Shown one piece after another: positions 38,943-48,598 of a stretch of DNA of 64,000 nt. Both the position numbers and the translations under genes were made by a program. This stretch comes from Spirochaetia bacterium (GTDB lineage Bacteria; Spirochaetota; Spirochaetia; CAKZLE01). The notes beneath the pieces are model-generated. The model was not told the origin of the DNA. It made no database searches and saw only the letters and a program-made list of their open reading frames with translations. Position 1 is the first letter of the stretch, and the number at the start of each line of letters is the position of its first letter. Location: NCBI GenBank assembly GCA_963677595.1, contig OY782041.1, forward strand, positions 3,904,001 to 3,968,000, written 5' to 3'.

Positions 38943-40244
38943 CTACCTGACGGTCAGGTCCTTGTGCGTGAAGCTCCTGCCCTTCTCCCCGCTGTAATCA
39001 GCGACGATCTGTCCGGTCCCCCTCAGTTTCCACTTATAGCTGATCAGCCCCTCGAGGCCGACCGGTCCGCGGGCATGGATCTTATGGGTACTGATCCCTA
39101 CCTCCGCACCGAGCCCGTAGCGGAAGCCGTCGGCGAACCGGGTACTGCAGTTCCAGTAGACATCTGCAGCATCCACTGCCTCCATGAAGTATTCCGCACG
39201 ACCTGAGTCTGTCGTGATGATGAGGTCAGTATGAGCCGACCCGTAGGTGTTTATATGGGTCACGGCACGGTCGATACTGTCCACGATCCTGATGGAGACG
39301 ATGAGATCGAGATACTCTGTGCCCCAGTCACTCTCGGTCGCCTCAATGCAGGGGTAGAGTGCCCGTACCCCCTCATCCCCGCGGATCTCGACCCCGGCAT
39401 CCGCCAAGGCGGTGCAGAGGGGGACGATCACTGCCTTCGCAGCCTTCTCGTGTACGAGGATCGTCTCGACCGCATTGCAGGCCGCAGGGTACTGGCACTT
39501 CGAGTCCACGGCGACGTTCACGGCAGTCTCCACATCTGCCGTCTCATCGATGTAGCAGTGGCAGATCCCTTCGGCATGGCCGAGGACCGGGATCGTGGTA
39601 TTATTCATGATGTACTTCACGAACTCATTGGACCCCCTCGGGATGACCAGGTCGATAAGGGTGTCGAGTTCCAGCATCTGCCGGACATCCTCCCGCTTCT
39701 CGAGCAGCGTGATCCAGGCATCGGAAACATCTTCCGGGAAGATCTCGCGACTCACCTCCTTGAGGATCCCGGTGAGTACCCGGTTGGTCCGCAGGGCTTC
39801 TGAGCCGCCCTTGAGGACGATCCCGTTGCAGCTCTTCAGGCAGAGAGAAGCGATCTGGATCAGGGCATCAGGCCGTGACTCGAAGATCATGCCGATGACC
39901 CCGATAGGACAGGTCTCCTGCGTGAGGATCAGTCCCTCATCGAGCTCAGTGCGCTTCTTTACCATATGCACCGGGTCAGGGAGGGCCGCGATCTGCCTGA
40001 GTCCCTCACAGGCAGTCTGCAGCTTCGACTCGTCGAACTTGAGCCGCTTGAGCAGCGGGAGGGCGAGCTCTTCAGCCTCAGCGGCTGCGAGGTCCTCTTT
40101 GTTCGCGGCAAAGATGCGCTCCTTCTGCGCCTGAAGCGCCTGGCCTGCTGCAAGCAGGTAGTTGTTTCGTAGTTCTGTAGACAGCAGCGATAATCGCTTC
40201 TGCGCCTGATTGAGTCTCTGGATCTCTTCGTGCAGTTCTCCCAT
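38943..40244 (-). CDS. proA: Gamma-glutamyl phosphate reductase
   Basis: PIGVIGMIFESRP, LKGGSEA, ACNAVET, STRFADG, HARGPVGL. Confidence 0.96.
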   Translation of the reverse strand: MGELHEEIQRLNQAQKRLSLLSTELRNNYLLAAGQALQAQKERIFAANKEDLAAAEAEELALPLLKRLKFDESKLQTACEGLRQIAALPDPVHMVKKRTELDEGLILTQETCPIGVIGMIFESRPDALIQIASLCLKSCNGIVLKGGSEALRTNRVLTGILKEVSREIFPEDVSDAWITLLEKREDVRQMLELDTLIDLVIPRGSNEFVKYIMNNTTIPVLGHAEGICHCYIDETADVETAVNVAVDSKCQYPAACNAVETILVHEKAAKAVIVPLCTALADAGVEIRGDEGVRALYPCIEATESDWGTEYLDLIVSIRIVDSIDRAVTHINTYGSAHTDLIITTDSGRAEYFMEAVDAADVYWNCSTRFADGFRYGLGAEVGISTHKIHARGPVGLEGLISYKWKLRGTGQIVADYSGEKGRSFTHKDLTVR

Positions 40245-40340
40245 ACCTGGACACACTCCTGATTCTTGGTACCCATAGAGTACTGAGAATTCGATGAATT
40301 TTCAACTGACTACTTCCCATTTTCTCACTCCCACTATATA

Positions 40341-41135
40341 TTGATAAACATAATGGCTGCAGTATTATTGGAGGAACTCCTCTCAGGGTACCGGGGACCC
40401 AGTCGGGGAAACCGTACCGTACCGCTTCTGGTCTCCATCGCAGGGGCCGGGGGCAAGACCTCCATCCATTCACAGCTTGTCAGGGACTGGAAGAGTCACT
40501 GGGATGCCCGTCTGTGCATCGGCACGACCACGACCAAGATGTTCTACCCGCTCGATGACGGGCTCTACGACCATATCATGGCCTCTGCGGTGCCGGAGGG
40601 GGGGATTCAGGGTACCTGCTTCCTCTACCGTCACCTGGTAGAGGGGACCCGGAAAGTATCGGGCCTGACCCCTGGGGAGGTCGACTCCCTGCAGAGGTAT
40701 GAGCCGTCGCTGATCGTCTGTGAGTCAGACGGTGCGAGGGGGATGTCGATCAAGGCTCCCGGTCCTGGTGAGCCGCTCCACCCTGCTTCGGCGGACATCG
40801 TCATCGGCATCATCGGGCTCTCCTGTCTCGGGAAGCCCTGCAGGGAAGAGACCGTCCACCGAATGATGCGATTCGAGCAGCTGACTGACCCCAGCCGGAA
40901 CATCGGCCCTGAGACCTTCCTGGATCTCATCAGGCACCCTGAGGGTCTGTTCAAGGGGACACCCCCGGGGGCATACCGGGTACTGGTCCTTAACCAGGGG
41001 GATGTACTGACTGACCTGGCGAGGGATGACCTCTTCGATAATCTCTGTGGTGCCCGATTGCCGGTTGATGCAATACTGCTCACCTCGATGAGAGAGAACT
41101 TCACACTATACAGGAACTATAGGAGCATGCTATGA
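40341..41135 (+). CDS. yqeC: Selenium-dependent molybdenum hydroxylase accessory protein YqeC
   Basis: GAGGKTS, TTTTKM, ESDGARG..IKAP..GEP, VHR, GLFKG, LNQ; start uncertain. Confidence 0.85.
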   Translation: MINIMAAVLLEELLSGYRGPSRGNRTVPLLVSIAGAGGKTSIHSQLVRDWKSHWDARLCIGTTTTKMFYPLDDGLYDHIMASAVPEGGIQGTCFLYRHLVEGTRKVSGLTPGEVDSLQRYEPSLIVCESDGARGMSIKAPGPGEPLHPASADIVIGIIGLSCLGKPCREETVHRMMRFEQLTDPSRNIGPETFLDLIRHPEGLFKGTPPGAYRVLVLNQGDVLTDLARDDLFDNLCGARLPVDAILLTSMRENFTLYRNYRSML

Positions 41136-42721
41136 ACATCTTCCAGAAAGCAGCAGAACTCGAACAGACAGGCGATACCTTCGCCCTGGCTACCATTATC
41201 ACCGCACAGGGATCCACACCGAGGAGCAAGGCCCGTATGATCATCACCGGGTCGGGGGAGACCTTCGGTACGGTCGGCGGAGGGCTTGCCGAAGCCTATG
41301 TCATCAGAGAGGCTGGGGCCAGGATGGCAACAGGGGAATCAGGCATGGTCTCCTACACCCTCGATGTTGCCGGTTCTCAGAACAGCATCGACATGCTCTG
41401 CGGCGGGGACTTACAGATCTATATCGAAGTGTTCTCCTCCCCGGTGCATCTGGTGCTCTTCGGGGGCGGACACGTCAACCTCGAGATCGCGAAGCTTGCT
41501 GATTCGGTCGGCTACCAGGTGACCGTCGCGGAGACCCGCGAGGAGTTCGTGACCGAAGAGCGGTTCCCCATGGCAAGGAATCTGGTCTGTGCTCACGATA
41601 CTGCAGCCCTCATGGACAAGATCAGGTTCGCAGGGAACACTGCCGTGGTCATCGCGACCCATAACCATGATTTCGATCCCCTGTATCACCTCATAGGCCG
41701 GGAGCTTCCTTATATCGGGATGCTTGGGAGCAGGAAGAAGGTCGCGTTCCTCAAGCAGAAGCTTGCCGAACAGGGGGCGGATCCCTCCTGGATCAAGGCT
41801 CTGCGCAGTCCCATCGGCCTCGATATCGGGGCAGAGACCCCGCAGGAGATCGCGGTGAGCGTCATCTCGGAGATCATGATGACCTTCTCGAGAGGATCCG
41901 GCCTCCCCTTATCCCGCCGTGCCGAGAACCTCGTCATCGTCCGCGGTGCCGGCGATATCGCGACGGGAAGCATCATACGGCTGGTCAACTGCGGGTTCAG
42001 GGTCCTTGCCCTCGAGACACCGCAGCCCACGGTCATCAGGAGAACCGTCTCCTTCGCGCAGGCAGTCTTCGACGGAGAGACCACCATCGAGGGGATCAGG
42101 GCCGTACGGACAGACTCCTACAGCCGGGCAAAGAGCCTCATGGATGAGGGTGTGGTACCGGTCATGGTAGACCCCGAGGGAGAAGCCGTAGCTGTCATGA
42201 AGCCGAATATCCTCGTCGATGCGATCCTGGCAAAGCGGAACCTCGGAACCACGGTCGACATGGCACCGCTGGTGATCGGGCTCGGCCCAGGATTCACCCC
42301 GAAGCTGGATGTGGATGCCGTCATCGAGACGAATCGCGGACATGACCTCGGGAGGGTCCTCTGGAACTCGCCAGCTATGCCAGACACCGGAATTCCCGGC
42401 ACGATCGCCGGTGTATCCGGTGACCGGGTACTTCGCTCCCCGGGAGCCGGGGTCTTCACCACTGATCACGAGATCGGGGATCTGGTCCTGAAAGGAGAGC
42501 CCATCGCCCAAGTCGGCGACCTGGTCATACCGGCTACGATAGACGGTGTCATCAGGGGCCTGCTTACCTCAGGCCTCGAAGTGACTACAGGGTTCAAGGT
42601 CGGGGACATCGACCCGCGCAATGATCCTACCTACTGCGAACGTGTCTCCGACAAGGCCCGTTCGGTTGCCGGGGGTGTCGTAGAGGCCATCCTCACCTGG
42701 AAACGGGGAGTGAGAGCGTGA
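41132..42721 (+). CDS. yqeB: XdhC/CoxI-YqeB fusion, selenium-dependent molybdenum cofactor maturation protein
   Basis: N-half GSTPR, GTVGGG, CGG, YIGMLGS, PIGLDIGAETPQEIA; C-half RGAGDIATG, RRTVSF, DAILAKRN, ETNRGHDLG, KVGDIDPR. Confidence 0.92.
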   Translation: MNIFQKAAELEQTGDTFALATIITAQGSTPRSKARMIITGSGETFGTVGGGLAEAYVIREAGARMATGESGMVSYTLDVAGSQNSIDMLCGGDLQIYIEVFSSPVHLVLFGGGHVNLEIAKLADSVGYQVTVAETREEFVTEERFPMARNLVCAHDTAALMDKIRFAGNTAVVIATHNHDFDPLYHLIGRELPYIGMLGSRKKVAFLKQKLAEQGADPSWIKALRSPIGLDIGAETPQEIAVSVISEIMMTFSRGSGLPLSRRAENLVIVRGAGDIATGSIIRLVNCGFRVLALETPQPTVIRRTVSFAQAVFDGETTIEGIRAVRTDSYSRAKSLMDEGVVPVMVDPEGEAVAVMKPNILVDAILAKRNLGTTVDMAPLVIGLGPGFTPKLDVDAVIETNRGHDLGRVLWNSPAMPDTGIPGTIAGVSGDRVLRSPGAGVFTTDHEIGDLVLKGEPIAQVGDLVIPATIDGVIRGLLTSGLEVTTGFKVGDIDPRNDPTYCERVSDKARSVAGGVVEAILTWKRGVRA

Positions 42722-43851
42722 TCTACTTCGATAACGCAGCCACATCCTTCCCGAAGGCCCCGGGTGTCGCAGAAGCGGTCTCTGAAGCGCTGTGCAGTCC
42801 TATGGGCAACTCAGGAAGGTCCTCGCATGTCTCGAGCCTGAAGGCAAGCAGGCTGCTCTATGAGACGAGGAAACTCGCAGCGGACTATTTCTCTCATCCC
42901 GCACCAGAGCGCGTGATCTTCACCTCCGGTGCTACCGAGTCACTCAACACCGCTATCTTCGGCATGATCACGAAGGATGCGAATATCCTCACCACGATGA
43001 TGGAGCATAATGCGGTCGCCCGCCCGCTCAGGAACCTGTTCAACCACGCAGGCATATCCCTAGTACATATACATTCTGACAACTTCGGGTATATCGACCT
43101 CAAGGCCTTCGAGGTATTGGTGACCGAAGGGAAATTCAACCTAGTCGTCATCAACGGTGAGTCCAACGTGACAGGAACGATCCAGCCTCTCGACAGGATG
43201 ATCGAGCTCCTCGAGGCACGCGGCATACCTTATATCATAGACGGGGCCCAGCTGACCGGTGACGTCAAGGTCGATCTCTCTGGGATGCACCGCGGCTGCT
43301 ACTGCTGTTCAGGCCATAAGGGACTGCTCTCCCCCGCCGGGATCGGGTTACTCATTCTCGGGGATGCATGCAGCATCGATCCTCTCCTGCTCGGCGGGAC
43401 CGGCAGCAAGTCTGACTCTGACATACAGCCAGACTTCCTCCCCGACGCACTGGAGAGCGGGACGCGTAACATCCACGGTATCGCCGGCTTGCGTGCTTCG
43501 CTGTCCTACCTGCTCTCCCGGGCCGATGCCTTCAGAATCAAGCATGAGATCAATGAGTACCTGTTCAGCAGGCTGGAAGCCATCGAGGGGATCATCCTCC
43601 ATTCTCCTGCCGAACACCGAGGATCAGTCATATCCTTCACCTGCGAAGGATATGAGATCGATGAGGTCACGGAGTTCCTTGACGAGGAAGGTATCGCCTG
43701 CAGGATGGGGATGCATTGTGCCCCTTGGGCCCACAACCACATCGGCACAGCTGAGGGAGGCGGTACGATCCGTATCTCGACCGGCCTGTTCACGACCAGG
43801 GATGAGATAGACCAGTTCATCTCCCTGCTTGGAGGATACCTTCATGGATGA
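42718..43851 (+). CDS. Cysteine desulfurase / selenocysteine lyase-like class V PLP enzyme
   Basis: IYFDNAATS, EHNAV, SGHKG (PLP Lys), ESGT, RMGMHCAP (catalytic Cys). Confidence 0.9.
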   Translation: MIYFDNAATSFPKAPGVAEAVSEALCSPMGNSGRSSHVSSLKASRLLYETRKLAADYFSHPAPERVIFTSGATESLNTAIFGMITKDANILTTMMEHNAVARPLRNLFNHAGISLVHIHSDNFGYIDLKAFEVLVTEGKFNLVVINGESNVTGTIQPLDRMIELLEARGIPYIIDGAQLTGDVKVDLSGMHRGCYCCSGHKGLLSPAGIGLLILGDACSIDPLLLGGTGSKSDSDIQPDFLPDALESGTRNIHGIAGLRASLSYLLSRADAFRIKHEINEYLFSRLEAIEGIILHSPAEHRGSVISFTCEGYEIDEVTEFLDEEGIACRMGMHCAPWAHNHIGTAEGGGTIRISTGLFTTRDEIDQFISLLGGYLHG

Positions 43852-44878
43852 CATTCGACTCACGACATACACCCGTTTCTCAGGCTGCGGAGCGAAACTC
43901 GGTCCCGGACTGCTCGATCGGGCGTTATGCGGGCTTACCCAGCCTGCCTATGCGGAACTGATCGGGGACTACTCCACCAGCGAGGACTGCGGGATCGTGA
44001 AGATCAGCGACACGGAAGCACTCATCCAGACGATCGATTTCTTCCCACCTATCGTCGATGATCCCTTCATTTTCGGGCGCATAGCGGGAGCCAACTCCCT
44101 CTCCGATATCTACGCGATGGGGGGAAGACCCGTCTCTGCTGTCTCAGTCGTCTGTTTCCCGAAGGACACCCTCGATATCTCCTACCTCCGGGCAATCACG
44201 GAAGGGGGGCTCGATGCGCTCATCGAGGCAGGTACCCCGCTGGTTGGCGGGCACAGCATCGATGACCCCGAACCGAAGTTCGGCTATTCGGTCACCGGAC
44301 TTCTCGGGATGGACAGGATCCTTTACAACAATACCCTCCATGCCGGTGATGCCCTCTACCTCACGAAACCGCTCGGTACCGGGATCATCAACACTGCCCT
44401 GAGGGCTGACCTGGCTTCAGCTGCTGCGATCGATGCATCGATCGCATCGATGAGTAAGCTGAACAAGGCTGCTGCTGAAGTCCTCTCGGGCTTCACCGTC
44501 AGTTCCTGTACCGACGTCACGGGCTTCGGACTCCTCGGCCATGCCTGTGAGAAGATCTCCGGGTCCGGCTGCTCGCTTGAGATAGCCCCTGCTGCAGTAC
44601 CCGTGCTTCCGGAAGTGCTCGACTACCTGCAGATGGGACTCATCCCCGAAGGGACCTACCGGAACAAGGAGTTCCGCAGCCGCCTTATCAAGGACTTTGA
44701 GGAGATCGACCGTGACATCATCGACCTCCTCTTCGATCCCCAGACCTCGGGCGGCCTGCTCTTCACCCTGCCGGAGGCTCTATCGGGAGAGCTGGAGCAC
44801 AGGATGGGGGAAGCAGGGGTCCATGCCGTGAGGATCGGCAGTGTCCGTGAGGGAGGAGAGGAGGTCATCCTTGTCTGA
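43844..44878 (+). CDS. selD: Selenide, water dikinase (Cys form)
   Basis: GCGAKL (TGC codon), TIDFFPPIVDDP, GGHS, TDVTGFGL, DPQTSGGLL. Confidence 0.96.
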   Translation: MDDIRLTTYTRFSGCGAKLGPGLLDRALCGLTQPAYAELIGDYSTSEDCGIVKISDTEALIQTIDFFPPIVDDPFIFGRIAGANSLSDIYAMGGRPVSAVSVVCFPKDTLDISYLRAITEGGLDALIEAGTPLVGGHSIDDPEPKFGYSVTGLLGMDRILYNNTLHAGDALYLTKPLGTGIINTALRADLASAAAIDASIASMSKLNKAAAEVLSGFTVSSCTDVTGFGLLGHACEKISGSGCSLEIAPAAVPVLPEVLDYLQMGLIPEGTYRNKEFRSRLIKDFEEIDRDIIDLLFDPQTSGGLLFTLPEALSGELEHRMGEAGVHAVRIGSVREGGEEVILV

Positions 44879-45107
44879 AGGCAGATACCTCCACACCTTC
44901 ATCTCCACACACTGCCTCATGGAAGCAGAGAGTAAGTTGCTGCAGCAGCATAGTGACTACCGGCTGATCCCGACCCCGAGGAAGATCAGCTCTGAATGCG
45001 GGTTCTCGATCGTCTCACCGACGATACTCTCCACCGCGGAGGGACTTGAACATATCTATACGATCACGAATGAAGGAAGGAATAAGGATTATGAAGAGAT
45101 CTGTTGA
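44871..45107 (+). CDS. DUF3343-like small protein (putative Se/S carrier)
   Basis: TFxSTH..M.AE..L...LIPTPRKISSECG pattern; TTG start after a GGAG SD; lies between selD and yedF. Confidence 0.75.
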   Translation: MSEGRYLHTFISTHCLMEAESKLLQQHSDYRLIPTPRKISSECGFSIVSPTILSTAEGLEHIYTITNEGRNKDYEEIC

Positions 45108-45675
45108 TGCACGCAGGCTTCCCTGCCCGAAACCGGTCATCCTCACCCGGCAGGCTATCAACGAAGGAGGATTCACATCGCTCGAGATCCTCGTTGACAA
45201 TATAGCGGCAAAGGAGAATGTGCTGAGGATGCTCTCTGCCTGCGGGTATGAGGATGCTTCCGCTGACCAGACCGACTACGGCTACCTCGTCACCGTCGGG
45301 GAGAAGACGACCGAAGTCACGGACGTACCTCCCGTACCGCTCGAGAAGTGCCTGTTCTTCAGCTCCAAACACCTCGGCAGCGGGGAAGAGGCCCTCGGGA
45401 CCCTGCTCATGCGGGGATTCATCTACTCCCTCACGGAGCTCGAATGTCCCCCCACTACCCTCATCTTCATGAACTCGGCAGTCTACCTGGCACTCAAGGA
45501 TGCAGATACCGTGAAGGACCTCATGAGACTCGAGGATGCAGGGGTGAACATCCTGGTCTGCGGTACCTGCCTCGACTACTACCGGGTAACCGACGAACTG
45601 GCTGTCGGGGAGATCAGCAACATGTATTCGATCACCGAGGCACTGCTTACCGGGGAGACGGTCAAGATCTCATAG
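45091..45675 (+). CDS. yedF: Selenium metabolism protein YedF (TusA/SirA plus DsrE-like domains)
   Basis: DARRLPCPKPVI, VDNIAAKENV, LGSGEEALG.LLM, FMNSAV, CGTCLDYY, VGEISNMY. Confidence 0.9.
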   Translation: MKRSVDARRLPCPKPVILTRQAINEGGFTSLEILVDNIAAKENVLRMLSACGYEDASADQTDYGYLVTVGEKTTEVTDVPPVPLEKCLFFSSKHLGSGEEALGTLLMRGFIYSLTELECPPTTLIFMNSAVYLALKDADTVKDLMRLEDAGVNILVCGTCLDYYRVTDELAVGEISNMYSITEALLTGETVKIS

Positions 45676-45736
45676 GCCATTGTGTTTTTATTAATATAAT
45701 GGTATACTCTGCTGAAATTTGTACATTAGTGAGGAA

Positions 45737-46807
45737 ATGATGAAACACAGCATACGTATCGTACTGATGATGCTCCTTCTGCTCATACCGGGAATGCTCT
45801 GCGCACAAGGCTCAGGGGAAGTCTCCGGGTCAATCTCCGCAGTTGACTCCTTCGGGAACCTCGTGACGCTCGATGAGTACCCTGAACGTATCGTCATCGC
45901 GGGAAAGGCCTCGCTCCTGCCGGCAGACGCGCTCTTTCTCTTTCCCGAGGCACGTTCCAAGGTCGTAGGCCTCGGCCTGACGAACCAGGGACTCGGGGAC
46001 TTCTACACCTACCTCGCCCCCCAGTTCACCAAGGGCGACCGGCTCCCCCATTCGGTCGGGGCTGAGGAGATCGCCTCATTGGCCCCGGACGTAGTGATCA
46101 CCAAGTCACGGAACTATGCGTCTCTCGGGAAGCAGCTCGAGATGCTCGGCATTCCTGTCTTCTCAATGGACCTCGAGAACCCCGAGACCTTCACCGAGGA
46201 GCTCCTCCAGCTGAGTATCCTGCTCGGTGAGGAACAGCGCGGTACAGAACTTGCAGCCTACTATGCTGATGAACTTGCTTCCGTACAGGCTTCGGTCTCC
46301 GGGACAAGAAAACCGTCAAGCCTCCTCCTCTACTGCACCGCAAGCGACGGGATCACCTCCTTCCAGACAGCCCCCAAGGAGTGGCTGCAGACCTACATGA
46401 CCGAAGCTGCCGGTGGTTCAGCGGTCTGGAAAGGGACCAACCTCACCAGCGGCTGGCAGAAGGTGAGTTTCGAGCAGGTCGCAGCCTGGGATCCTGAGAG
46501 GATCTACCTTATCAGCTACAAGGTCCCGACATCCGTGTTTCTGCAGCAGATCGAGGAAGATCCAGCCTGGAGCCACCTGCAGGCTGTCAAGAATGGCTCT
46601 ATACAGGCCTTCCCCGCTGATTTCCACAACTGGGCCCAGCCTGATACCCGTTGGATCCTTGGCCTGAAGTGGCTTGCTCGTGACCTGCACGGATCGGTGG
46701 ACGGTTTCGAGGAGGAGGTCTCAACCTTCTTCACCGAACTCTACGGGATAGGTGACCCCTCAGTCATAGCGGAGTTGACCGCACGGTATGAAGACTCACT
46801 CCAGTGA
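45737..46807 (+). CDS. Type II (Fe-siderophore/B12-like) ABC substrate-binding protein
   Basis: Signal peptide, DSFGNLVTL..YPERIV, EEIASLAPDVVI, SFEQVAAWDP, AVKNG. Confidence 0.87.
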   Translation: MMKHSIRIVLMMLLLLIPGMLCAQGSGEVSGSISAVDSFGNLVTLDEYPERIVIAGKASLLPADALFLFPEARSKVVGLGLTNQGLGDFYTYLAPQFTKGDRLPHSVGAEEIASLAPDVVITKSRNYASLGKQLEMLGIPVFSMDLENPETFTEELLQLSILLGEEQRGTELAAYYADELASVQASVSGTRKPSSLLLYCTASDGITSFQTAPKEWLQTYMTEAAGGSAVWKGTNLTSGWQKVSFEQVAAWDPERIYLISYKVPTSVFLQQIEEDPAWSHLQAVKNGSIQAFPADFHNWAQPDTRWILGLKWLARDLHGSVDGFEEEVSTFFTELYGIGDPSVIAELTARYEDSLQ

Positions 46808-47825
46808 TCGTGGTCCGGCCCATGCGCCGCGACACAGGAACGCACACAGGCGCCTGGCACTTCTCTACCTGGCGCTGCTTGTCCTCTTCGCTCTCTCGCT
46901 GCTGATCGGCAGGTACCCGAGAGCGGGCTTCATCTCTCTGGCGACCCTGCGTTCCGAGCCATTGGCGATGAGGATCATCCTGCAGCTGCGGCTTCCGAGG
47001 ATCCTTACCGCCATCCTTGGCGGGGCGGTCCTCGGCGCATCGGGATTCATCTTCCAGATGCTCTTCTCGAACCCCATCGTTGAGCCGGGTTTCCTCGGGG
47101 TCTCTCAGGGAGCAGCCTTCGGTGCGGCTCTCTCGATCCTCATCGCGGGCTATGCACCCTTCCTCATCCAGGTATCTGCTGCGATCTTCGCCGTGCTCGG
47201 TCTTACCCTCTCCTTCACTCTTGCCAGACGATTCCATTACGGTGGCTGGATCCTGCGACTCGTCCTTTCGGGAATCGCGGTCTCCGCACTCTTCTCCTCC
47301 GGGCTCGGCTTCATCAAGTATGCAGCGGATCCGATGAGTGAACTGCAGGAGATCACCTTTTGGCTGCTCGGCGGGTTATGGAATATTACCTGGGAGCAGT
47401 TCATGGTCATCTTCCCGATCACTGTCTCCTCCCTGGCGATCCTCCTGCTCTTCCGCTGGAGGATAAACGTCCTGTCCCTCGAGGAGCGGACGGCACATTC
47501 ACTCGGGATCTCGCCGGCTGCGGAGAAGCGGCTGATCCTCTTCATCGCCACGATCGGGACGGCGTCGGTGATCTCGGTCTCGGGGCTCATCGGATGGATT
47601 GGCCTCATCGTCCCCCACCTGTCCAGAAGGCTCTTCGGTGCCAATGCCACCATGGCACTGCCCGGCACGATGGTGATCGGCTCGCTCTACCTCCTGGGCT
47701 GCGACACCCTCGGGCGAAGCCTCTTAGCAGGGGAACTCCCCCTCGGCATCATCACCAGCATCACGGGGACGGTCCTCTTCATCCTTCTGCTGAGTTCGAG
47801 GCGGGGGTTGGGAGAGAGCGTATGA
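46788..47825 (+). CDS. FecCD/BtuC family ABC permease
   Basis: LRLPRIL, NPIVEPGFLGVSQGA, WLLGG, IGWIGLIVPH, ELPLGIIT. Confidence 0.92.
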   Translation: MKTHSSDRGPAHAPRHRNAHRRLALLYLALLVLFALSLLIGRYPRAGFISLATLRSEPLAMRIILQLRLPRILTAILGGAVLGASGFIFQMLFSNPIVEPGFLGVSQGAAFGAALSILIAGYAPFLIQVSAAIFAVLGLTLSFTLARRFHYGGWILRLVLSGIAVSALFSSGLGFIKYAADPMSELQEITFWLLGGLWNITWEQFMVIFPITVSSLAILLLFRWRINVLSLEERTAHSLGISPAAEKRLILFIATIGTASVISVSGLIGWIGLIVPHLSRRLFGANATMALPGTMVIGSLYLLGCDTLGRSLLAGELPLGIITSITGTVLFILLLSSRRGLGESV

Positions 47826-48595
47826 GCAGGTTCTTCGAGCTCTCTGGTGTCTCCTACACCTATCCCGCTGCTGAGGATGATGCCCTCTACCATGTGGACC
47901 TGACCGTCGAGGCCGGTACGGTCACGGCGGTACTCGGCCCGAACGGTGCGGGTAAGTCAACGCTGCTCGACCTCCTCCTCGGCTGGCGCCGACCTGAGAC
48001 CGGCAGCCTGCTCCTCAAAGGGAAGCCGCTCCACCAGTACGGGAAGCGTGAGCGTTCCCGGCTGATCAGCCTGGTTCCCCAGAATGAACCGATCCAGTTC
48101 TCCTTCACGCTTTTGGACTATGTCCTCTTCGGCAGGGCTCCCTACCTGCCGCAGCTCGGGAGTCCAGACCAGAAAGATATCGACATCGCACTGAGGGCAT
48201 TGGACCTCGTCGGGCTCGACATCTCACCCTATCGCTCGGTCACCTCCCTCTCAGGAGGCCAGGGACAGCTGCTGATGCTTGCCCGGTCGATCGCCCAGGA
48301 ACCGGAGATGATCATCCTCGACGAACCCACGAGCAGCCTCGACCCGGGCAACACAGCCGTGGTCCACTCCATCATCGAGAGCCTGGAGCAGGCAGGCCAC
48401 ACGATCCTCTTCACCACCCATGACCCCAACTTCGCAGCGGAATCGGCTGATTCCATCGCGATGCTCAAGCACGGGAGGATGCTTGCCCACCTGCCCACCG
48501 ACGAGGCACTCACACGGGAGCATATATCAGAGTTGTATGATACGCCTATCGAGGTCATCCGCCATGGGGGGAGGCCCCTGGTCTTCAGGAGATGA
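47822..48595 (+). CDS. FecE/BtuD-like ABC ATP-binding protein
   Basis: GPNGAGKST, LSGGQGQ, ILDEPTSSLD, THD; ATGA overlap with the permease. Confidence 0.92.
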   Translation: MSRFFELSGVSYTYPAAEDDALYHVDLTVEAGTVTAVLGPNGAGKSTLLDLLLGWRRPETGSLLLKGKPLHQYGKRERSRLISLVPQNEPIQFSFTLLDYVLFGRAPYLPQLGSPDQKDIDIALRALDLVGLDISPYRSVTSLSGGQGQLLMLARSIAQEPEMIILDEPTSSLDPGNTAVVHSIIESLEQAGHTILFTTHDPNFAAESADSIAMLKHGRMLAHLPTDEALTREHISELYDTPIEVIRHGGRPLVFRR

Positions 48596-48598
48596 GGC

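Noticed and set aside
43844-45675. Possible selenocysteine (in-frame TGA) in selD, DUF3343 or yedF
   Set aside because: The active-site positions are TGC/TGT Cys codons and the ORFs are uninterrupted.
47360-47821. Apparent N-terminal extension of the ABC ATPase, and similar extensions of pncB (34513), murE (28204) and binding protein A (11597)
   Set aside because: The extensions overlap the upstream gene or regulatory DNA, and better starts with an SD or translational coupling exist downstream.
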